A stretch of 64,000 nt of DNA, taken from NCBI GenBank assembly GCA_000165425.1, contig CT868671.1, positions 67,027 to 131,026 of the forward strand, in the 5' to 3' direction. This DNA comes from Paramecium tetraurelia. Its lineage: Eukaryota. This document shows positions 53,859-64,000 of the stretch, piece after piece (positions within the stretch are counted from its first letter, which is position 1; each line of letters starts with the position of its first letter). The notes beneath the pieces are model-generated. The model was not told the DNA's origin. It saw only the letters and a list, made by a program, of their open reading frames with translations, and made no database searches. The translations under genes and the position numbers were made by a program.

Positions 53859-55040
53859 TCAAATTCCAACTGTTGATCGAACATAAGATTCGAAACTTGG
53901 TTAAGTAAGTAAACCATAGGCTTGCTTACTGATTTCAATTTCCTTGTTATATTCAGTAACAGTTCTTGTGTACAAATCTGTTTCAGCAGCATAATTATCA
54001 TTTTCTGCTTACAATTGAGCTTCAAGAGTCTCTTTGTCATCTTTTCGTTATCCTACATAGACGATGGTTTCTCCGAATTTTTCTAAGAGTCATACTAATA
54101 TTGACATACATTCATTAGCAGCCAATTCAGAATTTTTTAATAAAACTGATCTTTAGAACTCTGCAAATTCTTTTTCTAATTAAGCAACTCTATCAGCGTA
54201 CTTAGTCTCTGCTTGGCTCTCGTCTGCAGTTTCTTAATTAAGAGAATCTACAAATTGCACTCTTAACTCGTTGAAAATTTTGACCAGCTAAAAATAGGTT
54301 AAAATTATAATAATAATTACTTATTACACTGAACCTTAATCTGTGAAATTTTATTCAGTGGCTAGTTCAAGTAGAGCTTTTATGATTGGAGCGAAAGAGG
54401 AGCGATTCTAAAAGGATGTTTGAATTCTGCCTAAATTGGTCTAAACTCTCTTGAATTAAATAAGTTATGGATTAGAGATTTAAGACAATAACCCAAGTGA
54501 TTCATCGACTGCACCAATAGCTTCATTTAATTCAGCAATATTAGACAAGAATTATTCATGTTATCTCTTTCTATTCAAATGTTCTCCATCCAATATTCTT
54601 CTGTTTTCTTCAATGTTAATTTTCAATTAAGCCAAAGATTATTGGAATCTCTCCTTTTAAGGGATGAGAACATTGTCAATGAAGTCTTATCCAGTAAAGA
54701 TATCTATATTAGATATAAGATTATGGTTACCTTTAGCGGCATCTTGGATTTCTTATTCAAGTCTGGTCACATCACGATTGTGTTCATCTGTTCTCCTTGA
54801 GTATGTATCATGGATATCTTAGAGTTCTTCTTGCAATTGATCGATCAATTGGTTGATGGTTTCTACTAATTCAGACAGGGCTCCACCAGTTGATAATTCA
54901 ACTTAGGCGAACTCAACTATAAATGAGGCCCATGAAGATTCCTTCAATTTTTCTAGTGCTTGAGTTGTTATTGCATCGTTCATAGTGATCTCAACACTCA
55001 AGACACTGAGTAATAGACAGGCTATCAAAGAGGATTTCAT
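53859..55040 (-). CDS. Trichocyst matrix protein precursor, T1-like
   Basis: Signal peptide MKSSLIACLLLSVLS; FAQVELSTGGALSELVE...YSRRTDEHNRDVTRLEQEIQD...FIDNVLIPQKERF; two introns. Confidence 0.88.
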
Positions 55041-55056
55041 TATTTTTAAATTAAAA

Positions 55057-55065
55057 TTAAAAACG
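55057..55065 (-). promoter_or_regulatory. Candidate trichocyst-gene promoter element CGTTTTTAA
   Basis: TTAAAAACG on the plus strand, 16 nt upstream of the T1-like ATG, with TCGA just upstream as in the T4-like gene. Confidence 0.35.
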
Positions 55066-55202
55066 ATATTCTCGATGAACTAACATACATTGTCAATTTA
55101 TTTTAAAATATCAAGATTGTATAATATAAAATGAAAAAATAAATTATTTATTTATGTAATACGTAATTAGATTAATGAATAACAAAATAGTAAAATTAAT
55201 TA

Positions 55203-55751
55203 ATGTAGTTAGCAAATTCAATTGGTTCTATGCAGGAAATAGAATACTTAGAAAATCGAGTATATCCAAAATTGCATACTGCTCTGGTACAACTGATAGA
55301 TCATGTTGTGAAGACAGAGGAGGTGAGAAAGCATTAGGAGAGATTGAAGAAAATAAAAATATTTGATCGGATCGAATAAAAGAAGGTGGAGAAGTAAAGA
55401 TTGAAAAACGAATTGGGTTCAGCATACGAATCTTCGTCTTAGGGTTCTGCTGAGAATGACGATTTTGGAGGGATGAGTTAATAGCTGATTAAAAACGAAG
55501 ACTCAATCTTCCCAATAAACAACCAAATACAAGCTCCTACAGGAATCTCCATCGATGATCTGAGTCCTCAGGAGATGAAAAAGGAAATAAATCTTGCGCT
55601 GAATAAGATATAAGAGGATCTAGAGGACGAGGAAGCACCAGACAAGCAAGAGTTGCAACATTTGAAATAGTAAATGAAGCAGCAAAGAGAGGCTCTAGAA
55701 TTTAATCCATTGATCTATTTAGCACATTTATTAAGAGAATAGTAGAAATGA
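55203..55751 (+). CDS. Hypothetical protein with a split Dpy-30/RIIa-like docking motif
   Basis: MQLANSIGSMQEIEYLENRVYPKLHTALVQLIDHV...ALEFNPLIYLAHLLREQQK TGA. Confidence 0.7.
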
Positions 55752-55767
55752 TTAATTAATTATTATA

Positions 55768-56361
55768 ATGGCAGCTCGCTAAGCATATTGTCGATTGTAA
55801 CCCAAAGTGAACAACTACCATAATGATGGCACAGGAAGGTATGTAACATGACTGAATTGCAGGGATTCCTACATTAGCAAGTTTAACGGTGGATAAATGA
55901 ATCAGACTCTGCAATCTCAAATAGCACCTCAACCAAATCATGAATTTGAGAAGATGCATTATCTAACTAAATCAAACACCACTTTGAGACGTTCTGGTAA
56001 TCTACCTCCCCAGATCCCCATAAAAACTACGAAGTATTGGGGAGATGGAACTGGAAGAGATTACTTTGTCATAGTCAATGATGGTGGCTAATGCAATCCG
56101 TGCAATTGGTGGGATAACGTCGATATCTAATTTCAAAGACAACTCAGAAATTACCAATAGACAGGTCCACTGAGAATTAGCAGTGCTTGTTCATCCAAAC
56201 AATAAGATAGATTGGCAGAGCCTAAGAAACAGTTATAGATCAAATAGAGGCCCCATACTCCCAATATCAAACAAGCTCATAAAATCTATCAATCTTACCA
56301 AACTTTGAAATACTAAAGCAAGGCTCGCAACATAAGATACAAGACACATCATGATAATTGA
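55768..56361 (+). CDS. Small basic protein with two DGTGRD repeats and an RLAEPK motif
   Basis: YHNDGTGRDSYISKFNGG and YWGDGTGRDYFVIVNDGG; 24-nt intron at 55839-55862; QDRLAEPKK. Confidence 0.78.
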
Positions 56362-56387
56362 TAAATATATTTTCGATTATTGTATTA

Positions 56388-57786
56388 TCACAATCTATGT
56401 AAATACTCCCCAGCCTTTGTGATATATCTAATCCATTTCGTTGGTTTGTATCCTGATTTTTCATAAACTCTTAAGAATCTTACTCTTAATCCACTTGCTG
56501 TAAACATAGGCACCTAAAACTCAATTGAAATGGGTGGTTTGATCCAAGGTTATTAATTTGTCGTTGATCCTAAATCAATTTCGCAACGTAATAAAGCTTC
56601 GAAATCTCCAGGGTATTTCTTTATCCTCCAAATAACTCCTTATTATTCTGGCTCATGTTTGGCTTTTCCGATTGCAGAATTGGTACTAACATTTGCTGTA
56701 TTCTTGGGCACTGGAATTTTTATAGCTAGATTTGTACCAAATAGATTCTTTTCAAAAATTGATTTAATCTTGAATATTCATAAACAATAATACTTTGACT
56801 CTAATTTCTAATTTGTTCTTCCCTAATTCATTGTACACTGGCATGATTTTGAAAGGCAAATTAATATTCTCAGTGATCCTATAGGTCATCAACTCAAATT
56901 GACCATCAGGAGGAATAAAAGTAATAGCTCTTTCCTTATCAAATTTTGGTAATTTAACACATTGATGGAATTTGAGATCATCAATAGTTATGCCTTTATC
57001 AGTTGTTGTCTGACCAGGTTTACGTGGCTCTCTCTACATTAACAATTTATCGTTCATTCCAAATTTGCATTCTGGCATTCCAGTCAATAAGCATTTCATC
57101 TGAATCGATCCAGCCACATCTGCCTTCAGGATTGTCCCCTTTACTGACATCAACACATTCACACTCTCTATGACATCCAGATACACTTCGTTCTTTCTAT
57201 ATACAATGTTTTGTGGTCTCCAAGAAGTGGCTCCTGTTGCTTAGGACGTTAATTATTTCAATTTTTCAACATCGTTCATCAACTCTGGCTTTAATCCTCC
57301 TTCTTAAATGTACTATTTAACTCTAAGAATAGTTAGATACTTTTTTCAAAAGATCTGCGTCTGCTATTTACGGAACACCATAATCCATCACTTCATCCAG
57401 AAGTTCATAGATAAGCACAAAATGTTTCTTTATACAATTTTCATCAAATTCACCACCAAAATAGGCTCTGCATACTTTAACCTAGATTTAATATTTTCAT
57501 TGTACTAATTGATAAAGAAATTGCAAGGTCATTGCTACATTCACATTTACTTTTGTTGTTGCTAACACTACTATGTCTTTTATAGTAATATGGATAAATG
57601 ACGTTCCTGTATTTTTAAATATTATATGTTACCATCAATATTGATAATTGGGCATTCTTTATTTTCTTTAGTGGCCACAACTTTAGCACAAAATTGAGTA
57701 GTCTCACTTCTTGTTATGTCATCCTTATAGACTCTATAAACAAGGATTTCTCCCTTATGATTAATAAACACAATAGAACTAATCAT
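56388..57786 (-). CDS. AP2M1: Clathrin adaptor AP-2 complex medium (mu) subunit
   Basis: [23 protein letters not shown]...[12 protein letters not shown]...[29 protein letters not shown]...[12 protein letters not shown]...[14 protein letters not shown]...[12 protein letters not shown]...WIRYITKAG. Confidence 0.93.
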
Positions 57787-58216
57787 ATTATATTAAATAA
57801 ATATAAATATCCAAATTAATATCTCAAATCCTATATATCCTTCAATATATTATCACAACTGAAAGAACACATACAGCATTGAGTCTATTGAAAAAATAGT
57901 CAACTATTGATATTAGAATAATCATATTGCTCTATGGCAGTCTTAATTAGTAATTCTATTCTTATTCATTACGCTTCAAGAATAATTTATTAAACCCTTT
58001 TACTTAACCGAAAAATTCATACAGTTATTTTCTCAGGTATAGGAATGTGAGAATAATAAGTCATAATTATGAATTTCAAGCAAAAATAATTATTTGATCC
58101 TTGAGTTCATTTTAATTTCTAGTTTTCTAAGTAGAATTATATAAATAATCTATAATTTGTTGGTCTTATCTTCTATATCCTTAATCTCCTTCGATTGGTT
58201 ATTTATTAATAAATTA

Positions 58217-59276
58217 ATGAAATTATTAAAATCAATTGATTTATACGGTAAAGTTCCAAAAGGATTGGCTGAGCCTACAAGTTCAGGAGCTGTTGTTTCA
58301 ATCATAACTTTGATATTACTAGCATTAATGATCATCAATGAAGGGATTGTATTGGATAATTGAAACTATTTGTTTAGGAGTATATTACAATTGATGTTCA
58401 ATCAGAAATCATCGTGGATCAAAAATTATCAAAAGATAGAGTTTAAGTGAATTTAGACATTAAGTTTATAAAGGCTCCTTGCGATTTTTTAGAAATAGAT
58501 CAATAAGATGCAATGGGATAGAGTTTGTCCCAATAGTTCATGGAATTAAAATACTATAGACTGGATTCTAATGAAAGGAGGATTAGTGAATATGTAACAA
58601 TTTGCATTGTACAATAGACCAGAAACTCTAATAATTGGGTTGAAATAGAAGATGCCAGAACAGCAATAAATGAAAAGTAAGGATGCGAAGTTATTGGAAA
58701 TCTGAAGGTTAATAGAGTTAGAGGCAAGATATCATTTGGAGCTCATCGATCTTATTCTTACATAGGGGCAGTTGGCAATCTAAATCTTCCATTAGATTAT
58801 TCTCACAAATTTGTATCCTTTTCTTTTGGAGATGAAGATGCTCTTAAGAAAGTCAAGAGTTTGTTTTAGCAAGGTTAATTAGATAGTTTTGCTGGTACTT
58901 AAAGAATTAAAAAGCCTGAATTGGCTAGTTAATCAGTATTGATAATTTAACATTTTAGATGTAACATGAACACTTCATTAGCATCATTCCAACTCATTAT
59001 ACATTGTTAAATAAATAAGTATATTCAGTCTACTAGTATACAGCCAATCACAATGAAGTGAGATCAAATAATTATGGTAATGTTCAATTAAGGTATTTAT
59101 TAAAAATATTTAGATATGACTTTGCTCCAACAACTGTCACTTATTGGTAAACAAAAGAGGACATTTTGCATTTCTATGTTCAAATATGTGCGGTTATTGG
59201 AGGAATATTCACTGTATCAAGCATGATTGAGGCATGCGTTTATAAAGTAATGAGGATGCTATTAAAAGTCGAATGA
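58217..59276 (+). CDS. ERGIC/Erv41-Erv46 family COPII vesicle protein
   Basis: MKLLKSIDLYGKVPKGLAEPTSSGAVVS, KAPCDFLEIDQQD, GCEVIGNLKVNRVRG, DYSHKFVSFSFG, RYDFAP, ICAVIGGIFTV; four introns. Confidence 0.88.
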
Positions 59277-59363
59277 TTAATATTTAGATTAGATAGGTTT
59301 ATATATTTTATACTATTCCGATGTCAATATTTTATTGTCAACTAAAATATGTAAATTGGGGTA

Positions 59364-61503
59364 TCAAGATTTTAAAATTATGAAATTAATATTATCAAAT
59401 AAAAATGCATTTTTCTAAATCAATTAATGGCATATATTCAAGCTGCTATTTATACTGACTAAAAGCATAGATGTCCAAACGAAATTCTCGTTTTACAAGT
59501 TCAACCTAAAAGTCTAAAATGAATGACCAACTAGTTTTTTTATATATGTCTTAAAATTCCTCTTTACTGATTCCATAAATTATTTTACTAGCTGAACTCA
59601 ATAATTAAAATGTTATCCCTATTATTTATTTTAACTATTAAATATGAACGCCCTAGAATCTCCCCTTAACATCCTTCCATACTTCTAAGTATTTCTGAAA
59701 TCCTAATAATAGAGTAATATTATACTTTCTTATTATTCATCCTTATTTATTTGATTGTTCTGTAATCCTTGTTCAACTTCATCACAACATTAGAAGAACT
59801 TAAATAACTTCTTGTCTGTCACTTAAAATTTAACAATTTATTCACAATTCTATAATAAATAATACAAAACTGTCCAACTACCATTCTTTACAAAATTAAA
59901 TAATGCTAGTGTCAATAATTCTTGATTGCTTATTTATGTAGTGCTTAAAAACAAAAAATCATAGAGGTAATACTTTTTTATTGCCTCATCAAATAGAAGT
60001 GATGCATCTAAGGATATTTGCTTCGTAAAGTATGACATTTTGTATATTGTTCTACATAATAATTCTGGCTTATAATTTATCAGATATCCCATATTCTCAT
60101 ATTGAAGATTTTTCTTTTTGAAACGCTCAACATAAAATCTGGTTCTACTTCTGAAATCTAGAAGCAAAAGATGGCTGTAATAACTCAAAATGTAATCTTA
60201 ATAAGTCCCAAAAGTTATAGGTAATACTTTAACTCTATATTAGACTTCAACTATCTCCTATGACACCCTTCCTATGTTTTCAAAGTTGAATAAATAATCT
60301 AGCAATTCTAATGAGATACAGTAAACTTCATAATTAACTTCATTATCCATGAACTATGCAATGTAATACAAGAGTAATTGTAATAGATTAATAATTCTTT
60401 GTTTGGAAAGATGCCTCAAGTATTCTAATGCAAATTAATTTTTGGTCAATAAAAAATAAAGTAGGCCCATGAACTCTTGGACCCCCTTATTATCATGAGC
60501 TTTAGTCGTAATAAAATTTGTATCAGAAATAAGGGATTGCTGCATATTTTCAATCAATAAATCAAATGAATAATCAAGTAAGTCAGTTTCTATAACTATC
60601 TTTCTAAATTTATTTTACTCAGAATCAAATGAAAAAATGATATTTAAGACTTATGCACTCAGAATTGCCATAAATCTACAAGTTTTTTATTAATATAATA
60701 AGTTATCTTAAAACCAAAAGTATCCATGTTTGTGGAATAATATCACTGCCCAAAGAGAGGCAAACATTTCCGCATGATCTTCAAATGCTAAATATGATAA
60801 TGATTCACTCGAATTAGGTTTCTGTTGATATAATTATTCCTCCAAACATGCCAATAGACAACTTAAAACCAAGACTCTATTTTCATAATATTGTTTTTGA
60901 TCATTAGGATACTTTGTTAATGTAGCTAGACCTCTCCAAATATTTTCTAGTTTCAATTTGATATCCTTATCTAGCCATTACTTAAGCAAAGATTTTAATC
61001 TATGATCATTATCCAAACTGAATTTATCTCTCCCTTGGATTGTAAAGCCAGGACGAAATAATAAGGTCATTAGATTATCAATAATTCGAAAAATTCTTGG
61101 ATCTGCCAAATTGACAACATCTAAAGGTTCCATATCTTCATCAGCTTTCACAACTGTAATTCTATTTATTACTTCGACCTCAACTTTAGAGTTGTTAGAA
61201 GTTATTAATTTATGATTTTCTGCCAATAATATTGGAATGAAAATTGTTAAATTCTTTAAGGTGTTTTAAACAACTTTGTTATTCTCATGTTGCATTCTCT
61301 CAATTAGCAATTCTAGCAATTATGCAAATTTTTCATGCTTAATAATTTCCCTAGCTTCTATAGGTAAAATTGAAGGTGAATCCTAACCTAAGAATAGGGT
61401 TAATTTCACTTAAAATTCCTATATTTAATATGCTTTAATAAGATACATTGTCGCTTCCAACATTGAATAATGCTTTCATAGGTTATGCTTACGATTGACC
61501 CAT
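59364..61503 (-). CDS. HID1: HID1/Ecm30-like (Dymeclin superfamily) protein, N-myristoylation-like start
   Basis: MGQSQ; LMTLLFRPGFTI (cf. HID1 LLFCPDFTV), IWRGL, YENRVLVLSCLLACL, MFASLLAVIL. Confidence 0.72.
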
Positions 61504-61965
61504 TATATTTAATTTAAATATATATTAATATATTATATTTCAACACTAGATGCCATCTTTTCTTGTTGTCTAAGCTTTCTTATCTTCTAACTCATCGATT
61601 TCTTTAACACTTTTAAATTTAGTGTGTCTAAATAATGTAATGTCTTATAAGATAGAGTTAAATTTAAAGATTAGGGAGTTTAGTATTAATATATTTAGTT
61701 CTTATGATACAGCATAAAAATAATCAAGCTATAGCCTAGATGCCTTTAAAGATCTCGTGTTTAAAGTATTTCAGCCATGAAAATATATTACATTAATTTT
61801 ATTATAAACCTATTTTTTAAATATTAATTTGATGTATCATTTTGATGAAAAAATTATAGCAATTCTCCCTTTATTATCTTTAAATTGTGAATCTAAATTG
61901 GACAATTTAAATTAACCAAAATTATTTGTGACCCTACAAGTTACAATCTAATCATTAAATTAAAA

Positions 61966-63621
61966 ATGATAAAATTATCAATATTAATTTCATTCTTATT
62001 AAATTTAACTAGGACATAAGAGCAATGGGAAACTTAATACCAAAGTTTTCAAGACACTAACACAATGGATACATCTGGTTATATTTATATTAAATAATTT
62101 AGGGTGGATTATAAGTGGTAATTATAATGGATTGTAATTATCCACTTGCAATGGTGTTACAATGTTTGGAGGATTTAATGCATTTGGAACCAATACAATA
62201 ATATCTAAACACTTTTCCTTACCTCCTCATTATTAAATCAAAGTAAGTTTAGAATTTTGGAAGTATTTCTAATTTTTAAAGTAGAATTGATAGTTGGGAT
62301 GCTGAATATCTCTATATTCTCATAGATGATTATGTATCTTCAAGGCAATGTTATTTTTCAGTAGGGACCTAATTATGTGGAAATTCAGGGAGAAATGACT
62401 GGTTAGAGACAATTATCCCTATTACTTTATAAATGAATCATAATTCAGAATTTTTAATGATAATAATGACTTCAAGTCTTAATGAAGCTGTTGATACAGT
62501 ATAATATAATTAAATATTAAAGGAAAGTTGGGGATTTAGAGACTTTAAGTTGTAAGTAGTTAAATGTCCTTCAGGATGTTTATTTTGTTCAGACAATGAT
62601 TATTATCATTGCTATTTATGGATTAAGATTTCATCATTATCGCATGAATCAATGTTACTTGATGGATGGATGAAAAATGATATTATCTAGCCAACAACAT
62701 ATTAATGTGTGAGTTTTAATCTTATTAACTTGACACCAAATGATAAATTGGAAAATATTATAGAAAATTTGAGATTGCATGATAAAATGTAAATAAGTTT
62801 TTAACTTTGGTAAATTGATAGTTGGAATAATGAAAACTTTTAGTTATATGTAGATGATTAACTTTAAAAATAAATTGTTTTAAGTACAACAGGTACTTAT
62901 TCTATTTGCGGATCTGCTGGATTAGAAAAAGTATTTAATATTGCCGTTACTTTCCCTCATACATCATCAGAATGTAAAATAACTATGAAAACCAATCATA
63001 ACGCAGCTACTACAAATGCATATTGGGGAATAAGGGCATTTAATCTATTTATTTCAAATGCATGTTTTAAAGGGTGTGATGAATGTATCAGTCTTTTAAA
63101 AACAGGTTGTACCGTTTGTTCAAGTGGATGGGTCTTTTACACTAATTTATGCATTTATCGTACTCATTTATCATATTATAGCTTCTCCTATGTTGGGTAT
63201 AACCATCCGAATTACTTAAATTAAAGATCCAAAGTCACATGAAAGGATTCCTATGGAGATCAATCTATTAGAAACTAATTAATAAATAGTCACTTAAGGA
63301 ACATTTACATATACAATTAATAATAATATATCAATATTGAATATTAGAGTCTATGCAAAATGCTATCCTAATAAAAAAATGAAAAGTTATTTTATAAAGT
63401 GCATCGAATGTTAACCTTAAAACTAATATTAGTTTTAGCATTATTGTTATGGAGCTATAAATTCTATAATTTACAATGCCAGATTTCAATAAATTACAGA
63501 TTCAGAATAAAAGTTGATAATAAATACATCTGATACCGAATGTTCAATTTATTAAGTAGTAAATGTTGGAACCGAGTTACTTCAAATTAAACTATTAGAA
63601 ATTTTATAACAAGATATTTGA
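61966..63621 (+). CDS. Secreted/surface Cys-rich protein with repeated IDSW domains
   Basis: Signal peptide MIKLSILISFLLNLTRT; CNGVTMFGG...LPPHYQI...FWKIDSWD...ESWGFRDF...CPSGCLFC, second unit WQIDSWNNE...YWGIRAF...CFKGCDEC; four introns. Confidence 0.8.
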
Positions 63622-64000
63622 ATATTCAATTTAATATTTTGATTACATAATTAATATCTTAACTAATCTTTAGTAATTTAAATTAAAAATAAATAATACA
63701 TCTAATTTTACTGGAATTTTACTAAATTTCAATTTCAAAACTTTTCTTTACTCCTGTAATTAAATTAGCTAAAAATAAAATAATCATTATAATAAATGCT
63801 ACAAAAATTCTGATTGATATCAAAGTAAGATATCTAAATCTATAGTTTATGATTTCAAATTCAAATTCAAAAGTTTGGTTGAATTGGAAGTAGGACAATG
63901 TTTCATGCTTATCTAAAAATTGAAAAGAGGTTAAAACTGTTATATATCAGTAATAAAACATCTATTTTAAACACTTAAGAATTAACGTGCTAAGTGATAA

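Noticed and set aside
61540..61779. Minus-strand fragment resembling a protein C-terminus (KEIDELEDKKAQTTRKDGIQC)
   Set aside because: No in-frame start or plausible tiny intron links it to the ATG at 61779; could be chance or a remnant.

Overview
Gene-dense, very AT-rich ciliate macronuclear DNA, most likely Paramecium (inferred from the trichocyst matrix genes, the genetic code and intron size). TAA and TAG encode Gln, TGA is the only stop, and genes carry tiny (about 21-29 nt) GT..AG introns. The supplied standard-code ORF track is therefore mostly fragments or antisense artefacts. Retranslating by eye gives 34 protein-coding genes and one possible decayed remnant. They include two trichocyst matrix proteins (T4-like and T1-like), Rab11, three large PAS-domain polytopic membrane proteins, a PH/TBC-like protein, a macrodomain protein, Fizzy-related/Cdh1, a hotdog thioesterase, a PUF protein, AGC, ULK-like and ULK4/RUNKEL kinases, RPSA, LTV1, AP-2 mu, an ERGIC/Erv46-family protein, HID1 and a secreted Cys-rich protein. 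I saw no rRNA, tRNA, transposon, CRISPR array or clearly retained IES, and I cannot claim a proven new system. The best leads are the orphan PAS membrane sensors, several apparent pseudo-enzymes, a motif shared by the two trichocyst gene promoters, 16-54 nt intergenic spacers, and a stop-less 3n intron in ULK4. Coordinates were read manually and gene spans include introns.
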